Of a DNA stretch of 57,289 nt, positions 41,299 through 51,380 are shown one piece after another. A program made the position numbers and the translations under genes. The notes beneath the pieces are model-generated. The model was not told where the DNA came from. It did not search any database and was given only the letters and a program-made list of their open reading frames with translations. This DNA is from Chitinophagales bacterium (GTDB lineage Bacteria; Bacteroidota; Bacteroidia; Chitinophagales; Chitinophagaceae): positions 1 through 57,289 of the forward strand of contig JBBSUB010000001.1 in NCBI GenBank assembly GCA_038235345.1, given 5' to 3'. How positions within the stretch are numbered: position 1 is the first letter of the stretch; every line of letters starts with the position of its first letter.

Positions 41299-42426
41299 AT
41301 GAAAAAAATTCTCTTTTTATTTTCCCTGACATCTTTTGCTGTAGGTTCCACCTCCGCCCAAAAAGCCAAGGTCAACGGAAATTTTCAATTTTCTGAACCG
41401 GTTGATATGGTTTTTCTTTCTTTCCGTTCCGGCGATGAGAACATAACCGATAGTTCCAAACTGGTGAATAATAAAGTATCTTTTTCCCAAAATATTTCTG
41501 AGCCAACTTTGGGAAATTTGATGGTTCGTTTTAAAGCAAAAGAAGAAGGGAAGAGACCGCGCATGGATAGAATGCCTTTGTATCTGGAAAGCGGAACTAT
41601 AAATATTATTGCGAAGGATTCCTTGAAATTTGCCAAAGTAACTGGGTCTAAATCGCACGTAGAATTTGATAAATTAGTTAAAAGTGAGCAGCCATTCAAT
41701 AAAAAGGCGGCGGAATTAGGCGAGCAATATAGAGAGTTTAGCAAAGCGAAGGATAAAGAAGGAATGGCTAAGACAGAGGAAGAATTTGACAAGTTATCAG
41801 ATGAAAAGAGTGAAGCTGTTTACCATCGTTATTTAAAAACAAATCCGAATTCACCCATTGCATTATATGTGTTGAATCAATATGTAGGATACGATTTAAA
41901 TGTTCCTAAAGTAGAACCTTTATTCAAAGGGCTTTCTGATAAAAATAAAAAATCGGTTGCAGGAGTTGCCTTTAGTGAGCGCCTTGAAACAGCCCGCAAA
42001 ACAGCTGTAGGGGCTATGGCTATGGCGTTTACTCAAAATGATACGCTTGGAAATTCTGTTACTCTGGCTTCATTTAAAGGGAAGTATGTATTGGTTGATT
42101 TTTGGGCAAGCTGGTGCGGTCCATGCCGTGCAGAAAACCCAAATGTGGTGAAAGCATTTAATGAATATAAAGACAAAGGATTTACTGTCTTGGGTATTTC
42201 TCTTGACCAGCCGGGCAAACACCAGGCTTGGATGGACGCCATTCATAAAGACAATCTTACCTGGACTCAGTTAAGTGATTTGAAGGGATGGAAAAATGAA
42301 GTGTCAACGATGTATGGTATCAGTGCCATTCCACAAAACTTATTAATAGACCCCTCAGGAAAGATTATTGCTAAAAATATCCGTGGCGAAGAATTAAATA
42401 AAACACTTGCAGAGGTGATAAAATAA
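41299..42426 (+). CDS. TlpA/AhpC-TSA family thiol-disulfide oxidoreductase with N-terminal DUF4369-like domain
   Basis: Signal peptide, LVDFWASWCGPCRAENP, WTQLSDLKGW, IPQNLLIDP. Confidence 0.93.
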   Translation: MKKILFLFSLTSFAVGSTSAQKAKVNGNFQFSEPVDMVFLSFRSGDENITDSSKLVNNKVSFSQNISEPTLGNLMVRFKAKEEGKRPRMDRMPLYLESGTINIIAKDSLKFAKVTGSKSHVEFDKLVKSEQPFNKKAAELGEQYREFSKAKDKEGMAKTEEEFDKLSDEKSEAVYHRYLKTNPNSPIALYVLNQYVGYDLNVPKVEPLFKGLSDKNKKSVAGVAFSERLETARKTAVGAMAMAFTQNDTLGNSVTLASFKGKYVLVDFWASWCGPCRAENPNVVKAFNEYKDKGFTVLGISLDQPGKHQAWMDAIHKDNLTWTQLSDLKGWKNEVSTMYGISAIPQNLLIDPSGKIIAKNIRGEELNKTLAEVIK

Positions 42427-42447
42427 GATATTGAAGATTGTAAATTT

Positions 42448-42511
42448 ATTGCTTCTCATGTAGCAATTTTTTAGTTTAAATTCAAAGGGGATGTTTCTGC
42501 ATCCCCTTTTT
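42448..42511 (+). ncRNA. Two-hairpin 3' element / terminator (copy 1)
   Basis: ATTGCT-tctcatgt-AGCAAT then GGGGATG-tttctg-CATCCCC-ttttt; repeated at 55865. Confidence 0.6.
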
Positions 42512-42625
42512 GTATTTACCACCAAAATGGAGGATTGTAGCAAGAATTTTATATTCGTTTTTATATCTCATATAATTATACTTTTTAAATATTTCAAAAA
42601 AATTATTTAAAAAGTATTTTTTTTT

Positions 42626-42652
42626 GGGGTAATAAATTAAAAAATGAACTCT
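42626..42652 (+). promoter_or_regulatory. Putative ECF promoter GGGGTAA-N15-ACTCT (copy 3), 12 nt before fecR ATG
   Basis: ggggtaa taaattaaaaaatga actct. Confidence 0.7.
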
Positions 42653-42664
42653 ACCTGAAGTACT

Positions 42665-43906
42665 ATGACAAAAAACGAATTTTATAAAGACTTTAAGGAG
42701 GAAGATTTCATCAATGATGAATTTTTTCAAAACTGGATTTTAGGATCTGGCGATCTAGGCAGTGACTCGTTTTGGAAAGGGTTTTTATTGGATTTTCCTG
42801 AAAAGACGGAAACCATTGAAAAGGCAAAAAACGCTCTTCAAACAATTCCATTTTATGAAGTGATTAGTGAGGTAGCGCCTTCTGATGGAAAAATTAAAAC
42901 ATCTTTTTTACAAGTAAGTAAAGTTCTGGGATTAAAAGGGAAGAAGACCAGTGCGCGCGTTGTTCCTGTTTCTTTCAGATGGTGGGCTGTAGCTGCTTCT
43001 GTGATGCTTCTCTTATCCGTTGGTCTCTTTTTCTTTAAAAATAATGAAACTCATCAACAACTGGCAAAGGTGGAACAGACTCCCGGATTGATTAATGATT
43101 TGACTCCTGGTGGAAATAAAGCTATCCTGACTTTAGGAAATGGGCAAACCATTATCCTGGATAGTGCCGGCAATGGAATTCTCTCAACGGAGGATGGTTC
43201 TGCTGTAATGAAATTGGCCGATGGTCAGATTGCTTATGAAGGAACAGGAAAAAACGGAACCAACGAAATCGTATATAATACCATTTCAACACCTCCTGGT
43301 GGCCAATATAATCTCACCCTTTCTGATGGATCAAAAGTGTGGTTAAATGCAGAATCTTCCCTAACGTTCCCGGCATCTTTTACCGGAAACGATAGAAATG
43401 TGGAACTAAAAGGGGAAGGATATTTTGAAATTGCGCATAATAAAGAAAAGCCTTTTCATGTGTCTGTAAACAATACAATAGTAGAAGTATTGGGAACACA
43501 TTTTAATATCAATGCCTATACGGATGAAAATTCGCTGAAAACTACTCTCCTGGAGGGTTCCGTAAAAGTCGTAAAAGGGTCTGAAAATGTGATCATTGAA
43601 CCTGGACAACAGGCCGTTGTTAATAATACCTCGAATTCAATGACCATCAATAAATCCGTAAACCTCGAAGAAGCAGTTGCCTGGAAAGATGGCCTGTTTC
43701 AGTTTGACAATACGGACTTGCAGGATGTCATGAAGCAGTTAGGCCGCTGGTATGATGTCAAAATAGAATTTGAAAATGATGTCCCGGCCAAAAGATTTAC
43801 CGGTAAAATTTACCGCAATGTGAATGCTTCTGAAGTCTTTAAAATTTTAGAAATATTGGATATACATTTTAAGCTGGAAGGAAAAACAGTCATTGTAACA
43901 AAATAG
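42665..43906 (+). CDS. fecR: FecR-family anti-sigma factor
   Basis: EDFINDEFFQNW N-terminus, single TM (WWAVAAS), LSDGSKVWLNAES, GEGYFEI, VLGTHFNI, AWKDG, LGRWYDV. Confidence 0.95.
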   Translation: MTKNEFYKDFKEEDFINDEFFQNWILGSGDLGSDSFWKGFLLDFPEKTETIEKAKNALQTIPFYEVISEVAPSDGKIKTSFLQVSKVLGLKGKKTSARVVPVSFRWWAVAASVMLLLSVGLFFFKNNETHQQLAKVEQTPGLINDLTPGGNKAILTLGNGQTIILDSAGNGILSTEDGSAVMKLADGQIAYEGTGKNGTNEIVYNTISTPPGGQYNLTLSDGSKVWLNAESSLTFPASFTGNDRNVELKGEGYFEIAHNKEKPFHVSVNNTIVEVLGTHFNINAYTDENSLKTTLLEGSVKVVKGSENVIIEPGQQAVVNNTSNSMTINKSVNLEEAVAWKDGLFQFDNTDLQDVMKQLGRWYDVKIEFENDVPAKRFTGKIYRNVNASEVFKILEILDIHFKLEGKTVIVTK

Positions 43907-44018
43907 AACATTTCTAAATAGCTGTGAATTTTTATCCTTTCACATAATTAATGTGGGGATATTGAAAAGGATCAAACGAAGAATTGCTCTCAGAAAACCA
44001 AAACAGACAAATGGAAAA

Positions 44019-44043
44019 CCGGAAGTGTTTGCGGCACCTCCGG
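44019..44043 (+). promoter_or_regulatory. GC-rich hairpin in the fecR-susC spacer
   Basis: CCGGAaGTG-tttgcgg-CACcTCCGG with no U-tail. Confidence 0.5.
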
Positions 44044-44112
44044 ATAAATGTAAGTTGTCAAAAATAGAATCGGAAAGATTACTAATTATTTAAACTTAGA
44101 CAAGACAAATTT

Positions 44113-47100
44113 ATGAAATTAATTGTAAGTGTTTTCTCCTTTAAAACACCTTTGCTCAAATCTATTTTGATGATGAAAATGGTTATTTTCCTGATGATCG
44201 CCTCCTGTATTCAGGTACGGGCAGCCGGACAAAATGTTACGCTTTCCAAAACAAATGCACCCTTGAAAGAAATATTTAAAAGTATTGAAAATCAGAGTGG
44301 GTATTTGTTTATGTATGAGACGGGACTCATAAAAACCACGAAGGCTTCGGTACAAGTTCAAAATGCTGAAATAGACCGCGTCATGAATGAATGCCTGAAA
44401 GGTACTTTGCTTGGTTATACCATCGTGGGCAAAAGTATTTTAATAAAGAGGATCCCGAATAAAAAATTGGCTCCTAAATTATCTGAACAGCTGGCAGATG
44501 GAGTGCTTAACAGAATAATAACCGGCCAGTTAAAGGATGAAAATGGAAATCCACTTGAAGGTGCTTCTGTTTTTGTACAGTCAAATGAAAAAACCGGTAC
44601 AACCACAAATAAAGACGGAAGGTATTCGATTAATATTTCTTCGAATACGAGAGTCTTGGTCTTTTCTATGGTTGGGTTTAGCGTTGTTGAGAGGGAAATC
44701 GGAAGAGATACTGTTATAAATATTATCTTGAAGGTTAAGGCCGGTGGTATGGACGAAGTAGTAGTTGCCGCTGGATATTTTGACAGAACTAAATCAAGTG
44801 TCACTGGTTCTCAAATAAGAGTAACGGGTGATGAATTAAGAAAAGTGGGCTCCCTCAATTTTATGCAGGCTGTCAATGCATTTGACCCGTCTATTAGAAT
44901 GAGCCCCAATGTAGAATCCGGATCAGATCCAAATAAAGTTCCGGAAATAACAATTCGTGGAGAGAATGGGTTCGACCTTCGGTCAAGTGCTGATGATTCC
45001 CGCAGCAATCCTAACGCACCTCTATATTTACTCGATGGGATTGAAGTTTCTCCTACAAGAATTTATGATCTTGACATGAACAGAATAGAGTCTTTTACTA
45101 TTCTTAAAGACGCATCTGCAACCTCACTTTACGGCTCAAGAGGAGCAAATGGTGTTATTTTAATAACAACAATACCTCCTAAACAAGGTGCAATAAAAGT
45201 CTCTGTTAATACAAATACTACGGTATCTATTCCTGATTTGAGGGATTATAATCTGATGAACGCTAAAGAGAAGTTTGAATATGAAACTCTTGCAGGATTA
45301 TATACAAGCCGCACAAGTAACAGGGAAGAGCAAATACTGCTGGATATAAAATATAATGAAAGATTGTCTGAGGTTACCCGTGGAGTAAATACATATTGGC
45401 TTTCCAAACCCTTACAGACAAGTGTAAACCAAAGGTATAATACATTTTTTGAGGGAGGTGATAAAAGTTTTAGATATGGCGTAAATCTAAATTATGATAG
45501 TGATAAGGGAGTATTAAAGGGCTCCGGACGTGAGAGATATGGCATAAACGTAAGCTTTAATTATAATGCCGGAAGAAATTTTCTTATAAGAAACGATGTA
45601 ACCGTGAATAATGTTGAGGGATCAAACTCTCCATACGGATCCTTCTCAACTTACGCGCTTCAAAATCCAATAGAAAGGATATACGATAAAACCTCAGGGG
45701 AAATGGTACGTACATTCGTATTTAATAATGGAGTTAATCCATTAGTTAATGCAAATCTTCCAAATACTGATATTAATAAATACACTGAATTTCAGGATAA
45801 CTTTAATATGGATTGGAGAATTAATAGCAATTTCAGGGTTACAGGAAGAGCTTCATTAATTAAAAAGATTTCAAAGACAGAAAAATACCTTTCTCCTCTA
45901 TCATCCGTATTCGATAAGGAAACAGATGCAAGTAAAAAAGGTAGTTATACAAATTCAGATATAGACCAACTAAATTTTGACGGGAATATTACTGCATCTT
46001 ATAATAATACATTCGCAAATAAAATAACGACAAATATAGGAATCGGGTCGAATGTTACTACAACTTCCGCTATGGGTGAAGGATATACTGCAACCGGATT
46101 TCTAAGTGATAATATGCGATTTGTACAATATGCCCAACAGTTCAAGGAGAATTCTAAACCATCGTGATATTTTGATAAATCAAGAATGATGGGATTTTTT
46201 GCAAATACAAACATCGGTTATGAAAACAGGTATTATTTAGATCTTTCCTTTAGAACTGATGGTTCAAGTCGTTTTGGAAAAGAGTCTCGCTTCGCCCCTT
46301 TCTGGTCAGTCGGTGCTGCATGGAATGTTAACAGAGAAAAATGGTGGAACAATGATGCCTCTCTTAAAATAAGAGCGTCAACTGGTAGTACAGGATCTGT
46401 AAATTTTTCTGCAGATCAGGCCATTACGAAGTACCAATATAATTCAGAGTACGAGTATAATGAAGTTTATGGAGCTCAGTTGTTGGGATATGGAAATCCC
46501 GCTCTGAAATGGCAGAACACTATTCAAAATAATCTGGGTCTTGATCTGACTTTGTGGAAAAATAAGGTTGTTTTGAATGTTGATGGCTACATTAAAAATA
46601 CTCAAAATCTTTTGCTTCCCATTGATGTAGCTCCATCTACAGGATTTCTTAGCTATACAGAAAACCTTGGCTCAATGGAAAATAAAGGTATCGATATGAG
46701 ATTGCGGTTTAATATAATACAAAGTAGAAAAGATGGTTTTAGCTGGAATGTTACCTTTGGTGCCGCAACAAATAAAAATAAAATTAAGAATCTTTCTAAC
46801 GCTCTTGAAGCATTAAATCAGGAAGCGAATACCAAAGAAAGTGTTACAGGGCCGAAACCATTAAGAACTTACCAGGCAGGAAGGTCCCAAAGCTCTTTAA
46901 TGGTTGTTGAATCTTTAGGTATCGATCCAAGAACAGGTAACGAGATATTCAGAAAACTTAATGGTGATCTCACCTTTGAATATGACCCGCGGGATAAAAT
47001 CATAGTTGGAGATCTTAATCCTACGTGGATGGGAACGTTCCAGACAAACCTCTATTATAAAGGATTTAACCTATATGCTATCTTGGCTTATGAATATGGT

Positions 47101-47469
47101 TCGAAAATTTATAATTCTACATTAGCACAAAAAGTAGAGGGTTCTTCTCCTTATTATAATGCCGATAGAAGAGTGCTTTATGATAGATGGAAGACTCCGG
47201 GAGATATAACACTATACAAAAGGATAGATGATACCGCTCCACCCTATCAAACTACCAGGTTAGTACAGGATAATAACTTTTTAAGACTGCAAACTTTATC
47301 TCTCTCTTATGATGTACCAGGAAATATCTTGGAAAAAGTAAAGGTTGAAAGAGCTAAATTAATTCTATCAACCAGTGATTTGTTTCGGTTATCGACTGTG
47401 AAAATTGAAAGAGGAACTTCTTATCCCTTTGCAAGAACATTTTCGCTCGCACTTAATTTAACTTTTTAA
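44113..47469 (+). pseudogene. susC: SusC TonB-dependent transducer (N-terminal STN domain) interrupted by one in-frame TGA at 46165-46167
   Basis: ORFs 44113-46167 and 46186-47469 share a frame; reads ...ENSKPS*YFDKSRMMGFF...; plug ILKDASATSLYGSRGANGVILITT, RTDGSSRFG, C-terminal F. Confidence 0.9.
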
Positions 47470-47480
47470 AATTTTCCTAA

Positions 47481-48890
47481 ATGAAAATAAAGATAATAGT
47501 ATTATGTTGGTTAGCCATTTCAGTCACATCATGCAAGAAGTGGTTAGACGTAGATCTTGTTGACAAAGTTACCGAAGAGAAACTGTTCAGTACGCCACAA
47601 GGTTATCAGGAAGCTCTTGCGGGGGTATATAGCTCAATGGCCTCCTCAAGTTTATACGGGAAGTCACTTACAATGGAGAATTTGGATGTGTTAGCTCAGT
47701 ATTATAGTTATGAAGGAATATCTACAACGTATGAAAAGTTTAAAAACTATGATTACGAAGATGCCGGATCTCAAAATAAAATTCTTGCAATTTGGAAAGG
47801 GATGTATTCAGCTATAAGTGAATCTAACAATATTATCAAATGGGCTGGTAAATCAAATGATATTCTTTCGCCGGAGATGAAAAGCCAGGTATTAGGAGAA
47901 GCTTATGCGTTAAGAGCTTATTTACATTTTGATATTATCAGGATGTTTTGTCCGGACGTGAAAAGATCTCCCTCCAAACCTGGAATACCATACAATTTGG
48001 AGTTTGGAGTTTCGCTACCACCTATATATACTATTGCAGAGAGTGTTCAACTAGTTGTAGATGATCTTAAAAAAGCTGAAGCTTTATTAATTAATGATCC
48101 CATTACGTCAGTCAAACCATTTGAAATGGTGAACAAAAATGAAGCAGATAAATATGTAGCTAGAATCAATCTTTACGGAGTAAAAGCACTTCTTGCCAGG
48201 GTTAGTTTAATGAGAGGTGATAAAATGAATGCGATTAAATATGCAAAAGAGGTTGTTGAGTCTGGTAAATTCAGACTTCTTGACTTTGCCAGTACCGACA
48301 AGTCGGACAAAGAAATAGATATTCTTTTTTCTGATGAACATATTTTTTCTTTGCGAAATAAGAATTTGTCCGAGTACACAATTAATCTTCATAATCCGGA
48401 AATTACAGCAACGTCAAATCGTTCAGCCTACCTTCCCTTTGTAAACCTGTCTTCTTTATACGAAAGTAATAATGATGATGTCAGGTATATTAAGTGGTTC
48501 TCCGGAGCTAATGGAAATTTTGCAAAATTTAATGTAAATAACAAAGAAAAATTCTTTCCCAAAATTCCAATGATAAAACTATCTGAGATGTATTTAATAC
48601 TGGCAGAGTGTTATTTAGGAAAGGATGATTTGCTTGCGCAATCGTATATAAATACATTAAGGAATCATAGAATAAGAAACAATTCTCCATGGGGATTTCT
48701 TACAATAGAGTACATAATTCAAGAGATAAAGCGAGAGTTCATCGGGGAAGGGCAATTGTGGTATGCATACAAAAGATTGAATATAGGGGTTCCAACAAGT
48801 AGTGGGATAATAGGAGTAGTTCCTCCAAGTGATAAAATATTTGTATTCCCTATACCACTAAAAGAAATTGAAATTGGTAATAGAATTTAA
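47481..48890 (+). CDS. susD: SusD/RagB lipoprotein
   Basis: Lipobox VTSC, GEAYALRAYLHFD, LSEMYLILAE, REFIGEGQ..Y..KR, PIP..E. Confidence 0.93.
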   Translation: MKIKIIVLCWLAISVTSCKKWLDVDLVDKVTEEKLFSTPQGYQEALAGVYSSMASSSLYGKSLTMENLDVLAQYYSYEGISTTYEKFKNYDYEDAGSQNKILAIWKGMYSAISESNNIIKWAGKSNDILSPEMKSQVLGEAYALRAYLHFDIIRMFCPDVKRSPSKPGIPYNLEFGVSLPPIYTIAESVQLVVDDLKKAEALLINDPITSVKPFEMVNKNEADKYVARINLYGVKALLARVSLMRGDKMNAIKYAKEVVESGKFRLLDFASTDKSDKEIDILFSDEHIFSLRNKNLSEYTINLHNPEITATSNRSAYLPFVNLSSLYESNNDDVRYIKWFSGANGNFAKFNVNNKEKFFPKIPMIKLSEMYLILAECYLGKDDLLAQSYINTLRNHRIRNNSPWGFLTIEYIIQEIKREFIGEGQLWYAYKRLNIGVPTSSGIIGVVPPSDKIFVFPIPLKEIEIGNRI

Positions 48891-48906
48891 AAAATCTGAG
48901 ATCATA

Positions 48907-49662
48907 ATGAAAATGAAAACAATACTAAAATATTCTTCAGTGCTGGTAATCATTGTATTTTTTGCGTCTTGCAAAAAGAATATTGATAAATTGTATGAGG
49001 GAAAAGCCAGAATTCAGTTTAAATATTATTCACTGGATTTCAATAAGAAAATGATTTTGAATAATAAAACTACGTATTCTTTTGGTATGAAGGATGAATC
49101 GGTAGTCATTGATACTGCAAAAATAGTTGTCGAATTTCTTGGCGCGGCTTCAAATGTTGATCGCACTTATAAAGTCAAGGTTGCTCCTGATTCTACTACT
49201 GCCAAAGAAGGCGTGCATTATGAGCTAATATCAAAGACTCAAACCTTCAAGGCTGGAGCCTATTCAGATACCTTAAAAGTTGTCGTGCTTAAAGGAAGTT
49301 TAAGTAAAAGTTTTAAGAATCCCGAAGATATGCGCCTGGCTTTAGAATTAGAACCTAGTGATGATTTTGATTTGGGAATGAAAGAAGGATTGAAAACATA
49401 CTTACATATCAATAATTATTTATCTGAGCCGGTTTGGTGGAATACTTCTCTGAGATACAATTATATAGGTTTTTACCATCCAAAAAAATGGAAGATATTG
49501 ATTTCATTTAATGCTCAATTCGCAAATGCCGAAACGTGTCCATTTGATGTTAATAATTCCGGAAGGCAGTATTTCCAGGGCCTTGCAAATTATCTGAATT
49601 CGATTCCCACTTTTGATGATGAAACCGGCAGTAGAATTTATATAGATAAATTGGTACCATAA
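48907..49662 (+). CDS. DUF4843-like lipoprotein
   Basis: Lipobox FASC, TYSF, STTAKEGVHY, EPVWW, G.Y...K; position right after susD. Confidence 0.75.
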   Translation: MKMKTILKYSSVLVIIVFFASCKKNIDKLYEGKARIQFKYYSLDFNKKMILNNKTTYSFGMKDESVVIDTAKIVVEFLGAASNVDRTYKVKVAPDSTTAKEGVHYELISKTQTFKAGAYSDTLKVVVLKGSLSKSFKNPEDMRLALELEPSDDFDLGMKEGLKTYLHINNYLSEPVWWNTSLRYNYIGFYHPKKWKILISFNAQFANAETCPFDVNNSGRQYFQGLANYLNSIPTFDDETGSRIYIDKLVP

Positions 49663-49697
49663 TTAAAATATAATTAAAAACACTAAATGTGTATATT

Positions 49698-51350
49698 ATG
49701 AAGTCATATAATATAATTTTATTGATCTTTTCAATTCTTTTACTTGGATCCTGTTATAAAGACCTCGGAACAAGTGAGAAAGATTACCGTGAAATAAACG
49801 AAATAGATATTAAAGGCATTGATGATTTGTACGCGAAAGATGTGGACGACAGCCTTAGTATATTCCCTGAAGTTAAAGGTACGTTGTACAGCGATACAAG
49901 TAAATTTAATTATTCCTGGGAGATTGATAATAAAATAGTGTCAACAGAGCTGAAGCTGAATATAATTGTGGATTTCATGCCTGGAAATAAGATATCAAGA
50001 TTTATTGTTGAGGACAAAGGAACAACGATTAAAAAATATTTCAGATTTAATCTGAATGTCTCATCCTCCACGGCGGGAAATCTCATAATGGTACTTAGCA
50101 AATCAAAAGGTAAAGCAGAACTCTCCTATTTACGATTGGATAAACCTGCAAATTGGGCGATAAATTTCTATGAAGAAAGATATGGAGTTCCGCTTGGAAA
50201 TAACCCGCAAAAGCTTGGATTTATAATGGCAGAAGCTTCCAGAGTTCAATGCTATCCATTTGTGAATGGATTTGGAAGAATACTTGTATTAGTAGATAAT
50301 AAGTTGGCATTGCTTGATAAGAGAACTTTAGCTCCGGACCCTACACCGTATCTTACCGGTGAAGCTTATACAGGAATTGCTTCTTATCCCCCTCCGAATA
50401 CTTCAGGATACAAGCCAGAGTTTTTTAAAGAAGGTATAAGCGTATGGAGAAGCAACGCCTATGGTACTGGTTTTCAACAACTCACTGAATTTAACTTGAT
50501 TTCCGGAGGTGCACTTTATTTTGCAACACTTGCACCGTCAGTCTGGACTCCTAGCTTTTATTATAATAAGAAAAGTGTTTATGGAGCAAATGGATATTTC
50601 TCCCCCTTTGGTTTTTATGACGATATGATCCCTACAGCGAATAGTAATTTGTTTCAGCATGGATATTCCCTTGGTTACTTTATAGTATTTGATAAAATTT
50701 TTGGAAGGTTTGCATACTCTAGTTATGGAAGTAGTTATTCAATACCCACAACAGATGTAAAGGAATTTCCAGGTCATGATTTAATTTACGGATCGGCTAC
50801 AAGCCAGTCTGGTACATCATTTTCCGTACTGAAAGCACCGGATAATTCCTTGCGATTTTTGCTGTTGGGGAAATCAGGTTCAAAGTATTCTCTTGCAGGA
50901 GAAGTAAGCGGTGGTGTTGCAAATTCAGAATCTAGCTTCTACAACATGAAGACCTCACCCTATTTATTTTTCACTAAAGGAAATAAGCTGTATAAGTACA
51001 ATATACTTGATGTAAAATCTAACTCAGTTCCAAATGAGGGTCACTCTGTATTTTCTTTAACAACTCTTGGTTATTCAAATGATGCAGTTATAACCAGTAT
51101 GACTATCTCTCGTTCGGAAAATTCTCTCATCCTGGGCGTGTCCCGTTATGGGCAGGATAAAAATGGGGATGGCGATGAAAATAAGGGAGATATACTTGTA
51201 TTTGATCTTGATAAAGTTAGCTTCAACCTTACACTTAAGAAAAAATATGGTGGTGTATCAGGTATTCCTATAGATGTACAGATAAAATATCAAACAAACT
51301 GGAGAGATGGTAAATCTAATGGAGGCGTTACTTTACTTGACAATATTTAG
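49698..51350 (+). CDS. PKD-like family lipoprotein with probable C-terminal beta-propeller
   Basis: Lipobox LGSC followed by YKDLG, NEIDIKGI, YSWEI; NKLYKYN and C-terminal G.PIDV. Confidence 0.75.
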   Translation: MKSYNIILLIFSILLLGSCYKDLGTSEKDYREINEIDIKGIDDLYAKDVDDSLSIFPEVKGTLYSDTSKFNYSWEIDNKIVSTELKLNIIVDFMPGNKISRFIVEDKGTTIKKYFRFNLNVSSSTAGNLIMVLSKSKGKAELSYLRLDKPANWAINFYEERYGVPLGNNPQKLGFIMAEASRVQCYPFVNGFGRILVLVDNKLALLDKRTLAPDPTPYLTGEAYTGIASYPPPNTSGYKPEFFKEGISVWRSNAYGTGFQQLTEFNLISGGALYFATLAPSVWTPSFYYNKKSVYGANGYFSPFGFYDDMIPTANSNLFQHGYSLGYFIVFDKIFGRFAYSSYGSSYSIPTTDVKEFPGHDLIYGSATSQSGTSFSVLKAPDNSLRFLLLGKSGSKYSLAGEVSGGVANSESSFYNMKTSPYLFFTKGNKLYKYNILDVKSNSVPNEGHSVFSLTTLGYSNDAVITSMTISRSENSLILGVSRYGQDKNGDGDENKGDILVFDLDKVSFNLTLKKKYGGVSGIPIDVQIKYQTNWRDGKSNGGVTLLDNI

Positions 51351-51380
51351 AGAAGCCAATAACAGATAATATAAAAAATT

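Noticed and set aside
46165-46230. Selenocysteine recoding of the susC TGA
   Set aside because: No convincing SECIS-like hairpin immediately downstream, and the position is not a Cys-type catalytic site
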